43,718 nucleotides of DNA, from the NCBI GenBank assembly GCA_964539295.1, contig CAZIIS010000010.1, positions 1 to 43,718 on the forward strand, written 5' to 3'. Source of the stretch: an uncultured Fimbriimonadaceae bacterium (GTDB lineage: Bacteria > Armatimonadota > Fimbriimonadia > Fimbriimonadales > Fimbriimonadaceae). Position 1 is the first letter of the stretch, and every line of letters starts with the position of its first letter. Under the pieces are notes generated by a model. It searched no databases, was not told where the DNA came from, and saw only the letters and a program-made list of their open reading frames with translations. Position numbers and translations under genes: made by a program. Below, in pieces: positions 8,860 to 19,694 of the stretch.

Positions 8860-9498
8860 CTATCCAGCGCCGTTTTGCAGCAGCGTGCCGATCTTCTTCT
8901 TCACGCGCTGGAGCGCGTTGTCGATGGATTTGGTGTGGCAGTGCAGGTCGCGGCTCATCTCACAATAGGATTGGCCATCCAGGTACCGGGCCAGCACGCT
9001 GCGCTCCAGGTCGCTTAGTACATTCTGTACCAGTTCGGAAAGGTTCTGCGGCAACCGGCCCTGTTCGACGAGCCGCTCCGCGTCCGGCAGGCCGCTGTCG
9101 GGCACGAGGTCGAGAAGCGAACCGTCCGAGGCGTCCGAGGTCAGCGTCTGGTCGAGCGAGACGGAGGCGTTCAGGAGCGCGTGCTTGTGGCGGGTGGCGG
9201 TCTTGACGGCGGTGATGATCTGCCGCGTGACGCAGAGCTCGGCGAAGGGGCGGAACTTGCTCAAGCGGTCCTGGCGGAAGTCGCGGATCGCCTTGCAGAG
9301 GCCGATCATCCCCTCCTGGATCACGTCGTCGCGGTCGGCGCCGGCCAGGAAGTAGGCGCGGGCCTTGCTTTCGACGAGGGAGCGGTACCGCGTGACGAGG
9401 AACTCGGCGGCGTCGGATGTGCCCCCCTGCGCAAGATGAACCACCTCCTCGTCCGGCATGCAAAGGTAAATGTTCGCGCCTATGCCATAGCCTTCCAT
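8860..9498 (-). CDS. sigH: RNA polymerase sigma factor of the SigH (sigma-30/Spo0H-like) subfamily
   Basis: Near-collinear identity to Bacillus SigH conserved blocks, for example 'YRSLVESKARAYFLAGADRDDVIQEGMIGLCKAIRDF', 'FAELCVTRQIITAVKTATRHKH' and 'LSDLERSVLARYLDGQSYCEMSRDLHCHTKSIDNALQRVKKK'. The start is placed at ATG 9498 (AGGTG 6 nt upstream) rather than ORF-table start 9627, because a strong terminator for the neighbouring gene occupies 9590-9634. Confidence 0.8.
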   Translation of the reverse strand: MEGYGIGANIYLCMPDEEVVHLAQGGTSDAAEFLVTRYRSLVESKARAYFLAGADRDDVIQEGMIGLCKAIRDFRQDRLSKFRPFAELCVTRQIITAVKTATRHKHALLNASVSLDQTLTSDASDGSLLDLVPDSGLPDAERLVEQGRLPQNLSELVQNVLSDLERSVLARYLDGQSYCEMSRDLHCHTKSIDNALQRVKKKIGTLLQNGAG

Positions 9499-9589
9499 GC
9501 AAGCACCTGAGCCGTCTCGGCTCGAATAAGGGAGCAACGGCGCTCCCGGTTGCCAGTGTATGGAATCGGGGTGAGGCAAGTCAAGCATT

Positions 9590-9634
9590 CGGCGGCAAAC
9601 AACAAAGCCCGGTGGAACGGATTCCACCGGGCTT
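9590..9634 (-). terminator. Rho-independent terminator of the PKD-domain protein gene
   Basis: Perfect 12-bp stem AGCCCGGTGGAA / TTCCACCGGGCT (9606-9617 / 9622-9633) with loop CGGA, followed on the minus strand by TTGTTGTTTGCC. Confidence 0.6.
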
Positions 9635-9661
9635 GGCCGTCGCCGGCCAGTAGGGGATGGC

Positions 9662-10699
9662 CTACGGGTTGACGCGGACGCTGATCGTGGTCGAGTACGG
9701 CGCCTTCAGGCCGAAGGCGTCGGAGATGGTGAGCTTCACGACGAAGTCGCCCGGCACGCGGAAGCGGCGCTTGACGACCTGGCCCTCGGCGTCCACCTGG
9801 TCGCCGCTCTTGGAGTCGAAGTTCCACTCGTACTTCAGCACGCTGGAACCGGCGTAGCCGTTGGCGCTGAAGGTCATCTCGTCGCCAAGGGCGAGGTTGA
9901 GCTCGCGCACGTTGGGCTCGCCGTAGATCGGGGTCGGGTCGTTGACGACGCGCACCTCACCCACGAAGAAGGTGGCGGTGGTGTCGCCGGCAAAGGCGAT
10001 CGACTTCACCTCTTTGTTGGTGCGCTCGAAGCCGCTGATGGCCTGAAGCGGCACGCCGACCTTGCTCCAGCCCCGCTGGTCGGCCAGGCGGTTGTTCAGG
10101 TCGACGTACGCCTCCGACTTGAGTCCGTCGGTCGTGGTGACGATGACGCGCATCTTCTTGAGCTTGGGCTCGGCGCCCTGGCCGCCCTTCATGCCCATGC
10201 CCGGCATCATCATGCCGCCGAAACCGGCCGGTGGTCCGGCGATGCCGCCGCCCATCGGGCCGCCCATGGCGCCGCCGGTGCGTGTGGCGGACGTGGCGCG
10301 TCCACCTACCGCGCCGCCGGGTCCCAGGCCACCTGGCGCCATGCCGCCGGGGCTGACCTTTCCACCCGTGCGGCCGCCCAGCGTCATGCCTTGGTCGGCG
10401 ATGCGGTAGGCGAGGTCAAACAGGTTGTTCTTGTCGGAGAACTTGTCAGCCAGGTCGACGGGCTTTTCGAAGACGAGGATGCCGCCCTGGAAGAAGTTAC
10501 GGCCGGAAATGCGAACGGAGGTGGAGCCTACGTAAGCAGCCTCGTCGGTTTCGGAAACGGCGCCGCTGCCCCACGACTTCACCGTGATCCCTTGGTCCTT
10601 GATGTTACGTCCCCCCGCATACAGCATCTGCTGCGGGAATGCCGTCAGCGCGGCCGCCAACAGGCCGGCGACGGCGGTGGTTTTCAGAACTTTGCTCAT
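9662..10699 (-). CDS. Secreted protein with a Gly/Met/Pro-rich low-complexity region and a C-terminal PKD-like domain
   Basis: Signal peptide 'MSKVLKTTAVAGLLAAALTA'. TAGGAG Shine-Dalgarno before ATG 10699. A GGxGG/GMGM-rich central segment. The C-terminal 'KYEWNFDSKSGD...VKLTISDAFG' resembles a PKD fold. Confidence 0.6.
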   Translation of the reverse strand: MSKVLKTTAVAGLLAAALTAFPQQMLYAGGRNIKDQGITVKSWGSGAVSETDEAAYVGSTSVRISGRNFFQGGILVFEKPVDLADKFSDKNNLFDLAYRIADQGMTLGGRTGGKVSPGGMAPGGLGPGGAVGGRATSATRTGGAMGGPMGGGIAGPPAGFGGMMMPGMGMKGGQGAEPKLKKMRVIVTTTDGLKSEAYVDLNNRLADQRGWSKVGVPLQAISGFERTNKEVKSIAFAGDTTATFFVGEVRVVNDPTPIYGEPNVRELNLALGDEMTFSANGYAGSSVLKYEWNFDSKSGDQVDAEGQVVKRRFRVPGDFVVKLTISDAFGLKAPYSTTISVRVNP

Positions 10700-10719
10700 T
10701 GGCCGTATGCTCCTATCGC

Positions 10720-11499
10720 TCACTTAGGATAGCTCACGCGCTCGATGCGAATGGCACGCCCCGTATCCTTTTCGACGCTTATGACCACGCAAGAGATTAC
10801 ACCGGGTTCCGACGCGACTTCAAATCGCGAAGGCATGCTGGTGCGGAATCGGCGGAGGATGATCTCTTTGTCCATGCCCAGCACGCTGGGCATGGGGCCG
10901 CACATCCCCACATCGGTGATGTAGGCCGTGCCGCCCGGAAGCACCGCTTCGTCGGCGGTGGCCACGTGCGTGTGGGTGCCGATCACCGCCGTCGCGCGCC
11001 CGGCGGCGTGGTAGCCGAAGGCGATCTTCTCGCTGGTGGCTTCGGCATGGAAATCGACGAGCAGGTGGGCGGAGCCCGCCTGCGGCTGGATGGCGTCAAA
11101 CGCCCGGAACGGATCGTCGTATCCATCCAGGAAGACGCGCCCGCAGAGGTTGACGATCGCCAACGTCACCTCGCCGTGGGTGACCTGGATCAGGCCGCGC
11201 CCCGGAGCGCCGTCGGGGAGGTTGGCGGGCCGCACGATCGGCTTGCCCGAATCCAGGTAGTGGTAGATGTCGCGCTTCGCGAAGGCGTGGTTGCCAAGGG
11301 TGATGGCGTCCACGCCGTTGCGGAACAGGTCCTCGGCGACGTCCGCGGTGATCCCCACGCCGCTCGCGGCGTTTTCACCGTTGGCGACCACGAAGAGCGG
11401 GTCGTACTTCTCGAAAACGTCGGGCAGGCGGTTGAAGACGGCTTGGCGCCCAGGGCGGCCCACGATGTCGCCCAGAAACACGATCCGATACTCACTCAA
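10720..11499 (-). CDS. ymdB: YmdB-family metallophosphoesterase (2',3'-cyclic-nucleotide phosphodiesterase)
   Basis: 'IVFLGDIVGRPGR', 'GNHAFAK' and 'GTHTHVATAD' metallophosphoesterase motifs. It lies immediately downstream of rny, as in Firmicutes. Confidence 0.8.
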   Translation of the reverse strand: MSEYRIVFLGDIVGRPGRQAVFNRLPDVFEKYDPLFVVANGENAASGVGITADVAEDLFRNGVDAITLGNHAFAKRDIYHYLDSGKPIVRPANLPDGAPGRGLIQVTHGEVTLAIVNLCGRVFLDGYDDPFRAFDAIQPQAGSAHLLVDFHAEATSEKIAFGYHAAGRATAVIGTHTHVATADEAVLPGGTAYITDVGMCGPMPSVLGMDKEIILRRFRTSMPSRFEVASEPGVISCVVISVEKDTGRAIRIERVSYPK

Positions 11500-12995
11500 T
11501 TGGCAACCTCGCTCACGCGCATCTCTCGTACGACCGTAACCCGAATCTGTCCAGGATACTCAAGCTCGGATTCGATGCGCCGGGCGACCTCTGCGGCCAG
11601 CTTGCGGGCGCCGAGATCGTCAACCTGCTGGGGGCGCACCAGGACGCGCACTTCTCGACCGGCCTGGATGGCGTAGGAGCGTTCCACGCCCGGGAAGGCG
11701 TTGGCGATCTCCTCGAGCGCCTTCAGGCGTTGCACATGGCTCTCCAGGTTCTCCCGCCGGGCGCCTGGCCGGGCGGCGCTGAGCGCGTCGGCGACGATGA
11801 TGAGCGCCGCCTCGGGCGTCGCGGGCACGACCTCGGAGTGGTGGGCCGCGATGGCGTGCACGACGCTTTCGCGTTCGCCGCACTGCCGAAGGAACTCGGC
11901 GCCGGCGGCGGCATGGGGGCCGCCGTAGGTATCGTCCAGCCCCTTGCCCACGTCGTGTAGCAGGCCGGCGCGCTTGGCCACCTCCACGTTGCAGCCCAGT
12001 TCGGCGGCCATCAGCGCGGCCATGCGCGAAACCTCCACGGAGTGGTCCAGCACGTTCTGGCCGTAGCTGGTTCGGAATCGGAGCCTCCCGAGGGCGTCGA
12101 CGACGCCCGGGGCGAGCCCGTTCACCTGGGCCCGCTCTGCGGCGCGTTCGCCCGATTCGTGCATGGTCCTCTCGATCTCCTCCTGGGCCCGCTCGTGCAA
12201 CTCCTGGATTCGTCCAGGGTGGATGCGACCGTCGAGCATCAGGTTGAGCAGCGCGAGGCGGGCGACCTCGCGCCGCACCGGGTCGAAGCAGGAGAGCACC
12301 ACCGCTTCGGGGGTGTCGTCGATGATCAGGTCGACGCCGGTGACCTGTTCGAAGGTGCGGATGTTGCGACCCTCGCGGCCGATCAGCCGCCCCTTCATGT
12401 CCTCGTTCGGGAGCTGTACCACGGTGGCCGTGGCTTCGGTGACGTACGCCACGGCGTTTCGCTGCATCACCTCGAGGCCGAGGTCGCGGGCTCGGCGTTC
12501 GACGTCGCCGACGATCGACTGCTCCAGGCTCTTGGCGCGTTGGGTGGCGATGTCGCGGAACTCGCTCTCGATCCGCCGCAGGTAGGTCTCCTTGGCGGCT
12601 TTTCGGTCGAGCCCGGCCACGCGCTGCAGTTCCTCCTCGACGGCGGCCTGGCGGCTGCTGAGGGCGGCCTCCTTGGCGTTCAGCGACCGCTCCATTTCGA
12701 TGAGCCCCTCCTCGCGGTCGTTGAGCTTGGCCCGACGCTCCTCCAATTGGCTTTCGCGATCGGAAAGGCGCGACTGGAGCGCCTCCAGGGCCCGACGTTG
12801 CGCCTGGGCCTCTTCGTCGAGGCGTTCGCGCACCTTGAGCGTCTCCTCCCTTGCCTCCAGCGCGGCCTCCTTTCGGGCGGCGGCCAACACCGCGTCCACG
12901 TGCGACTTGCGTGGGCGTCCCAGCAGATAGGCGCCCGCTGCGGACACGCCCATCAACCCGAAGGTCACGAGCCATTCGGTTAAGGTGTCGATCAT
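11496..12995 (-). CDS. rny: Ribonuclease Y
   Basis: N-terminal TM anchor, a long coiled-coil, a KH domain ('GREGRNIRTFEQVTGVDLIIDD') and an HD domain ('GLLHDVGK', 'HH'). Confidence 0.9.
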   Translation of the reverse strand: MIDTLTEWLVTFGLMGVSAAGAYLLGRPRKSHVDAVLAAARKEAALEAREETLKVRERLDEEAQAQRRALEALQSRLSDRESQLEERRAKLNDREEGLIEMERSLNAKEAALSSRQAAVEEELQRVAGLDRKAAKETYLRRIESEFRDIATQRAKSLEQSIVGDVERRARDLGLEVMQRNAVAYVTEATATVVQLPNEDMKGRLIGREGRNIRTFEQVTGVDLIIDDTPEAVVLSCFDPVRREVARLALLNLMLDGRIHPGRIQELHERAQEEIERTMHESGERAAERAQVNGLAPGVVDALGRLRFRTSYGQNVLDHSVEVSRMAALMAAELGCNVEVAKRAGLLHDVGKGLDDTYGGPHAAAGAEFLRQCGERESVVHAIAAHHSEVVPATPEAALIIVADALSAARPGARRENLESHVQRLKALEEIANAFPGVERSYAIQAGREVRVLVRPQQVDDLGARKLAAEVARRIESELEYPGQIRVTVVREMRVSEVAN

Positions 12996-13456
12996 GCTAT
13001 CGGTCCAAAGTGCAACTCAAGCGCCCGGCGGACGACCTCCTCGTCGAAGCCCTTCCGGCTGAGAAACCGTGCCGCTTTGTCGAGGGGGGCGTCGGCGCCG
13101 AACTTGGCCTTGAGCAAAGCCACGGCTTTGGCGACCTCGCCCTCTTCGGAGAGGTCGGCGAGGGCGCGCTCGACCGCCTCGGGCTCGGCGCCGCGCCGCT
13201 CCAGTTCCCATCGCAACCGCTCCTTGCCGATGGGGCGGGCGCCCTGGGCGCGTTGCACCTCGCGCTCGACGATCCGTTCATCGTCCACGAAGCGTCGCCG
13301 TCGAAGATACGCCAGGACCGCCTCGATCGTCTCGGGCGTGGTCCCGCTGCGTTCCAGGCGGCGTCGGACCTCGGCCTCGGTTCGGTCCGAGGTCCTCAGC
13401 AGCTTCAGCGCCGCGAGCAGCGCCGCGTCGTAGGCATCCGGTTCGTCAGGCGTCAA
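12992..13456 (-). CDS. recX: Regulatory protein RecX
   Basis: 154-aa helical-repeat protein directly downstream of recA, with overlapping stop and start. Confidence 0.7.
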   Translation of the reverse strand: MTPDEPDAYDAALLAALKLLRTSDRTEAEVRRRLERSGTTPETIEAVLAYLRRRRFVDDERIVEREVQRAQGARPIGKERLRWELERRGAEPEAVERALADLSEEGEVAKAVALLKAKFGADAPLDKAARFLSRKGFDEEVVRRALELHFGPIA

Positions 13457-14502
13457 TCGCTTGCGGCCGCTTCGGCGGCGGCCTGAGCCGTGCTTCGGCC
13501 AACGCCGAGCTTCTCGCGCACCTTGGTGTCGAGTTCGGCGAAGACCTCGGGGTTTTCGTCGAGGTATCCGCGGGCGTTATCCCGGCCCTGCCCAAGGCGG
13601 ACGTCGCCGTAGTTGTAGTAGGTTCCCGCCTTGCTGACAAAGCCGTTGTCCAGGGCCAGGTCGAGGACGTCGCCGCTCTTGCTGATGCCCTTGCCGAAGA
13701 TCGTGTCGTACTCGGCGGAGCGGAACGGGGGCGCGACCTTGTTCTTGACGACCTTCACCTTGGTTCGGGCGCCGTAAGCTTCGGTGCCGTTCTTGAGAAA
13801 CTCGCCGCGGCGCACTTCGAGCCGCACGGAGGCCCAGAACTTGAGGGCGCGGCCGCCGGGCGTGGTCTCGGGGTTGCCGAACATGACGCCGATCTTCTCG
13901 CGGATCTGGTTGATGAAGATGGCGGCGGTGCGCGTCTTGTTGAGCGAGCCGCCCAGCTTGCGCATGGCCTGGGACATCATGCGCGCCTGCAGGCCGACCT
14001 GGGTGTCGCCCATCTCGCCCTCGATCTCCGCCTTCGGGACGAGCGCCGCGACGGAGTCGAGCACGACGATGTCCATCGCGCCGGAGCGCACCATTGCATC
14101 CATGATCTCCAGCGCCTCTTCGCCGCTGGTGGGCTGGGAGATGTAGAGCCGATCGATGTCTACCCCCAGGGCCTTGGCGTATTCGGTGTCGAGTGCGTGC
14201 TCCGCGTCGACGAATAGGGCGAGCCCTCCGGCCCTCTGCGCCTCGGCAACGATGCTCAGGGCGAGCGTGGTTTTGCCGCCGGACTCGGGTCCGTAGATCT
14301 CGATGATGCGGCCGCGCGGGACGCCGCCCACGCCCAGCGCCACGTCTAGGCTAAGGGAGCCGGTCGGGATCGCCTCGATCGCCTCGTGCCGCTGGTCGCC
14401 CATGCGCATGATGGAGCCCTTGCCAAACGACTTCTCAATCTGCTGGAGCGCGAGGTCCAGCGCTCGGTCGCGGTCGGGGGGTGTGTGCTTGTCGGTTGCC
14501 AC
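13453..14502 (-). CDS. recA: Recombinase RecA
   Basis: '[12 protein letters not shown]' Walker A and '[14 protein letters not shown]'. GTG start with AGGAGG upstream. Confidence 0.95.
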   Translation of the reverse strand: MATDKHTPPDRDRALDLALQQIEKSFGKGSIMRMGDQRHEAIEAIPTGSLSLDVALGVGGVPRGRIIEIYGPESGGKTTLALSIVAEAQRAGGLALFVDAEHALDTEYAKALGVDIDRLYISQPTSGEEALEIMDAMVRSGAMDIVVLDSVAALVPKAEIEGEMGDTQVGLQARMMSQAMRKLGGSLNKTRTAAIFINQIREKIGVMFGNPETTPGGRALKFWASVRLEVRRGEFLKNGTEAYGARTKVKVVKNKVAPPFRSAEYDTIFGKGISKSGDVLDLALDNGFVSKAGTYYNYGDVRLGQGRDNARGYLDENPEVFAELDTKVREKLGVGRSTAQAAAEAAASD

Positions 14503-14720
14503 CTTTGAGATGCCTCCTGATCCCTCGGGGAATCGTATACGTTAGTTTACCATTCCCGGCGGTCGGCGTCTAGGGGGTTCGGTGCGGGCGGGCATCGCCG
14601 GACCGACCCATTTTGGCAGAATGTTGCCCCGCCACCGTCAAGAAACGGAAAGGTGCCGTATACTGACCTTGTGGGGCCTTGTGCCAGCAAGGCTTCGCTT
14701 AAGCGTTAGCAGGAGATGGA

Positions 14721-15290
14721 ATGAAGCGATTATCCAAGGCATCCTTAGCTTTGGGCTTGTTGGCCGGTACGGCGACCATCGCATCTGCCATCACGTTCAC
14801 GGACGTGACGGTCGCGGGCAGCACTGGCAGCTGGTCCGTGATCGGTAGCGGCAACGGCATCCGGTTCGTGATGCCCGATGCGTACGTCATCCCTGCCGGC
14901 AACAAAACCATTACTCTTTCATACCGGGTGGACGCCACACCGGGCTATGTGCTGGACTCGTACACGGCGGAGCCCACCGGCTCGGTTAAGAACGGTACAG
15001 TCGGTATCCAGGTCCAACACGTGGCGGGCGCCAACACCCTAACCGACTCGTACGTGGTGAACGCCGGTTCCTCCGTGCTGGACCTTTCGGGGTTTGGCTT
15101 CGGTCTGGACCCGGTCGCTTCCGGGTTCAACGTGACCCACACGATCGACTTGGCCGCGACGCGCGGGATGGCGAAGCTGACGGCTTACACGGTGCAGTAC
15201 ACGGAGGCGGTCCCCGAACCGGCTTCGGTGGCAGCCCTGGTGGCCGGATTGGGCTTCCTCGCGAGCCGCAAGTTTAGGAGGAACAGGTAA
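14721..15290 (+). CDS. PEP-CTERM sorting-domain secreted protein
   Basis: AGGAGA Shine-Dalgarno, signal peptide, and a C-terminal 'VPEPASVAALVAGLGFLASRKFRRNR' (PEP motif, TM helix, basic tail). Confidence 0.8.
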   Translation: MKRLSKASLALGLLAGTATIASAITFTDVTVAGSTGSWSVIGSGNGIRFVMPDAYVIPAGNKTITLSYRVDATPGYVLDSYTAEPTGSVKNGTVGIQVQHVAGANTLTDSYVVNAGSSVLDLSGFGFGLDPVASGFNVTHTIDLAATRGMAKLTAYTVQYTEAVPEPASVAALVAGLGFLASRKFRRNR

Positions 15291-15877
15291 TGCGCAACAC
15301 CCTCGTAATCGGTTTGATGGCGGTCGCTGCGCTTTCGCAGGCCTCCACATTCACGACCATCGCCTTTTCGACCGATCGAGCGGGCGTCACCGCGACCTAC
15401 TCGCAGCCGACGGCGGACAGCTACATGGCGTCGCTGGTGGACGCGACCGGCGCCCCCGGCGTGTGGCTGACCCCGGATAACCCGCTGCTCGACGTGGCCT
15501 GGGTGTTCGACTTCTCGACGCTGGTCGGCTACAAGTCGGTGGACCTCACGATGCACTTCGTGGGCGAGAACGGCACGGTTACCGTGTACCCGTCGGAGGA
15601 CGTGTTCGATCGCACGACCAACCCGTGGGCGACGGTGCTCTCTCAGTCGACCGAAGTCACCGCTGGCCAGTCCGGCGAGTTCACGGTCAACGTTCCGCTG
15701 GATCAGTGGAGCAAGGCTGTGAAGGATGGGGAGGTCGCCAAGGACATCCTGTTCTATGCCGACGGCGCCATCAGGGTGCTCGACATCCAGCAGGATTTCC
15801 ATCCGGTACCCGAACCGGCCTCGATGCTGGCGTTGGGCGCCGGGTTTGCGGCCCTGATCGCCCGCCGACGCCGGTAG
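15290..15877 (+). CDS. PEP-CTERM sorting-domain secreted protein (second, non-identical)
   Basis: TAATG overlap with the previous gene. Signal peptide, and a C-terminal 'VPEPASMLALGAGFAALIARRRR'. Confidence 0.8.
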   Translation: MRNTLVIGLMAVAALSQASTFTTIAFSTDRAGVTATYSQPTADSYMASLVDATGAPGVWLTPDNPLLDVAWVFDFSTLVGYKSVDLTMHFVGENGTVTVYPSEDVFDRTTNPWATVLSQSTEVTAGQSGEFTVNVPLDQWSKAVKDGEVAKDILFYADGAIRVLDIQQDFHPVPEPASMLALGAGFAALIARRRR

Positions 15878-15896
15878 GCGAAGGCGGCATCGAACG

Positions 15897-15937
15897 GAAA
15901 GGCCCCGACGGTTGACCGTCGGGGCCTTTTTGGGTTT
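15897..15937. terminator. Bidirectional rho-independent terminator between convergent PEP-CTERM and prfA genes
   Basis: AGGCCCCGACGG-ttga-CCGTCGGGGCCT, a 12-bp GC-rich stem, followed by TTTTTGGGTTT on the + strand and by a short U-run on the minus strand. Confidence 0.75.
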
Positions 15938-15951
15938 GCTGGGGGCCGGGC

Positions 15952-17010
<1,059 letters not shown>

Positions 17011-17050
17011 CCGATGGCAGTTTACCGGCTGGGCGTTTTTTGGCCGGAGG

Positions 17051-17995
17051 CTACTGCGGTTCGGAGGTCCTGGCCTCGCCCAGCACCTTGGCGAGCGCCG
17101 GGATGGCGCGCAGCGTGTCCACGACCTCGATTGGGATGGCGAGCACGACGGTGTTCGAGGGCGATGTGCCCAGGCTGTCCAGAGACTGGAGCGTCCTAAG
17201 CTGAAGGGCGCCGGGGCTCTTCGCCATCATCGTGGCCGCGGCGGAGAGGTTCTCCGCGGCCTCGCGGTCCCCCGCGGCCTTGGTGATGGTGGCGCGCTTC
17301 TCGCGTTCGGCGGAGGCTTGGCGCGCCATGACCCGCTTCAGGTCCTCGGGAAGTTCGATGTCCTGGATGCGGATGGCCGCAACGTCCAACCCCCAACCGG
17401 CGATCTCCTGCTCCACCATCTGCTCGACTCGCTTGCCGAGCAGCTCGCGGTCGGCGAGGATCTCGTCGAGCGTCATGCTGCCGACGATGTCGCGCAGCGT
17501 GGTCTGGGCGTACTCCTGGACGGCGTTGATGTAGTTCTGCACCCGGATCACCGCGGCGCCGGGGTCCTCGACGCGCATGAAGATCACGCCGTCGATCTTG
17601 ACGGGCACGTTGTCCTTGGTGATGGCTTGGCGGTGGGGGATCTCCAACGTCTGGATGCGCGTGTCGACCACGCGCGTGGAGTCGATGAACGGCATGAGGA
17701 AGTAGATGCCGGGCCCGCGGACCGCGTGGAACTTGCCGAGCCGGAAGACCAGACCCTTCTCCCACTGCGCCGCCAGGCGCACGCTGGAGGCGGCGATGCT
17801 GGCCACCACGATCGTGCAGATCCAGCCGATCACCGCGCCGTATGCCTTTGGGTCCGTCCCGAAGACGAGGAGCCCCAACAGCATGACGGCGATGAAGATG
17901 ATCGCCGGGATGGGGTTGGGGAGGCGGATCTCGGCGCCCGGGCGGTACGCCAGCGTTCTTTCTTGCGGGACGGGCATGAACGGTTGCGTGGACAT
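17051..17995 (-). CDS. SPFH/band-7 (stomatin/HflC-like) membrane protein
   Basis: N-terminal TM helix followed by a band-7 core ('[38 protein letters not shown]') and a C-terminal coiled-coil. Confidence 0.8.
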   Translation of the reverse strand: MSTQPFMPVPQERTLAYRPGAEIRLPNPIPAIIFIAVMLLGLLVFGTDPKAYGAVIGWICTIVVASIAASSVRLAAQWEKGLVFRLGKFHAVRGPGIYFLMPFIDSTRVVDTRIQTLEIPHRQAITKDNVPVKIDGVIFMRVEDPGAAVIRVQNYINAVQEYAQTTLRDIVGSMTLDEILADRELLGKRVEQMVEQEIAGWGLDVAAIRIQDIELPEDLKRVMARQASAEREKRATITKAAGDREAAENLSAAATMMAKSPGALQLRTLQSLDSLGTSPSNTVVLAIPIEVVDTLRAIPALAKVLGEARTSEPQ

Positions 17996-18051
17996 TGCGT
18001 TTTCCTCTGCGTTCGCTTCTATCTACCGATGATCGGTGGCTTAGGTTACGT

Positions 18052-18756
18052 CTAGCCGTTGCGCCAGGCGGAACGCAGCCCGGCGATCACGAGACCGACC
18101 CCGGCGACGCACCAGAGCAGCGCCCAAGCCAGCGCGGGCACGCCGGTGAGCGTCTCCATCGTTCGCGCGTCGTTTGCGCCGTCGGTCAGGACGTTGACCT
18201 GAATCAGGCCAAGGAAGGAGTTGAGCGAGGTCAGGGCGAGTTGAACGCCCAGGAACTGCGCGGCGAAGACGAGCCAGTCCTCCTCCAGCTTGAGGGCCAT
18301 GGCCGCGGTGGCGACCACCCAGAACAGGCAGGCAAGCAGGCCGACAAGGTCCCCTCGTACGAGCCCGATCAGCCCGAGCACGAAGGCCGCGCAGAGTGCC
18401 CACATCATCGCGCGGGCCCCCTTCTCCCTTCGCGAGGCCACGATCATGGCTCCGCCGAAGGCGACGCTTCCCAGGTAACCGGCCGAGGCGACGATCGGTC
18501 GGATGCCTCCGGCACTCCAGGCCATTCCGGAGCCGTCGGCGTGGATCACGATCGAAGAGGGCGTCCCGCCGGTGGCCAAGGCGGCCAAGGCGTGCGAGAG
18601 TTCATGCACGAAGGTGTTGAGATAGATCACCGGCAGGACGAGGGTCTGGAGCACCGGTATGAACCAACACGCGAGCGCCGCAACGGAGGCGGCCACCAAC
18701 AGCTTCTGGCGCCGTTGCATGCTCGGGATGCTACCCAGACCTCCGGTAAAGCCCAT
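18052..18756 (-). CDS. M50-like integral-membrane metallopeptidase (HExxH in TM helix), upstream partner of the SPFH gene
   Basis: 'FVHELSHALAALATGG' zinc-binding motif embedded in a polytopic membrane protein. The start is ambiguous between ATG 18756 and ATG 18720. Confidence 0.6.
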   Translation of the reverse strand: MGFTGGLGSIPSMQRRQKLLVAASVAALACWFIPVLQTLVLPVIYLNTFVHELSHALAALATGGTPSSIVIHADGSGMAWSAGGIRPIVASAGYLGSVAFGGAMIVASRREKGARAMMWALCAAFVLGLIGLVRGDLVGLLACLFWVVATAAMALKLEEDWLVFAAQFLGVQLALTSLNSFLGLIQVNVLTDGANDARTMETLTGVPALAWALLWCVAGVGLVIAGLRSAWRNG

Positions 18757-18856
18757 GCTTATTCCATGTTTGCCGCTCCGTCCCAAACAAACCTGAAGTA
18801 GATTGCCAGGTTTCCAACCTGGAGATGTTGCCGGGTGTGCCGATAGACAATGTGGG

Positions 18857-19582
18857 ATGGAAAGAGGCATTTATACCAGTGCCACGGGGATGCAGGCCGC
18901 TGAGACCTGGATGGAAACCATCGCCCACAACCTGGCCAACGCCTCCACGACCGGCTACAAGCGCGACGTGGTGCTCTTTGGCGACGCGTTGGAGCGCGCC
19001 ATGTACGCCGACGGCGGCAATGCCCGGTTCCTGGGGACGCTTGGCAGCGGCGGCACGCGGCTTGGGCAGTTCACGCTGTTCGATACCGGGTTGCCGACGC
19101 CGACGGGCAACGACCTCGACGTGGCGATCACCACGGCGGAGGGGCTCTTCGCGGTGCAGACGCCAGACGGCGCGTCCTACACCCGGGACGGCTCGTTCGA
19201 ACTCGGCCCAAACCGGGAGTTGACGAACAAGAGCGGCTTCCCCGTCCTCGACGCGAACGGCTCCACGATCACGATGCCGGCCGGCAAGGTGGACATCGCG
19301 CCGGATGGCTCCGTCAGCGTCGATGGCAAGTTCGTGGCGAAGCTCGGCGTTTGGAACGGCGAGTTCGTGAAATCGGGCAGCGGGCTCTATACCGGCGCCA
19401 ACGTGAGTGTGATGAACGACTCGAGGCTTGCCTGGCAAGCGGTCGAGGCATCCAACGTCAACGCGATCGACGAGATGATCTCGATGATCAAGTTGAACCG
19501 GGCCTTCGAGATGGCCCAGAAATCCGCGACGACGCAAGACGAAATGTCGCAACAGCTTTTGCAGATCCTTCAAGGCCTATAG
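18857..19582 (+). CDS. flgF: Flagellar basal-body rod protein FlgF
   Basis: N-terminal 'ATGMQAAETWMETIAHNLANASTTGYKRD' and C-terminal 'IKLNRAFEMAQK' rod-family motifs. Length is 241 aa. It is the first of two adjacent rod genes. Confidence 0.8.
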   Translation: MERGIYTSATGMQAAETWMETIAHNLANASTTGYKRDVVLFGDALERAMYADGGNARFLGTLGSGGTRLGQFTLFDTGLPTPTGNDLDVAITTAEGLFAVQTPDGASYTRDGSFELGPNRELTNKSGFPVLDANGSTITMPAGKVDIAPDGSVSVDGKFVAKLGVWNGEFVKSGSGLYTGANVSVMNDSRLAWQAVEASNVNAIDEMISMIKLNRAFEMAQKSATTQDEMSQQLLQILQGL

Positions 19583-19694
19583 CGTAGGCGCTGGACCGCT
19601 TCCCAACGGGAGCGGAGGCGCGCGGGACGCCGCAGACGCGGCCCCGGCCTAGAAGGCGAAGCACTGACAGAAACGATAAAGGTGAATCGCCCTT

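Noticed and set aside
9499-9627. N-terminal 43-residue extension of the sigH-like ORF as listed in the ORF table
   Set aside because: A strong terminator hairpin for the upstream gene occupies 9590-9634, and Bacillus SigH aligns from about ATG 9498. The extension is therefore unlikely to be translated.
14503-14600. Possible LexA/SOS box upstream of recA
   Set aside because: Only a GGAAT...ATTCC inverted repeat around CGTATACG is present. It matches none of the known LexA box types (CTGT-N8-ACAG, GAAC-N4-GTTC, GTTC-N7-GTTC) and cannot be supported without a genome-wide motif comparison.
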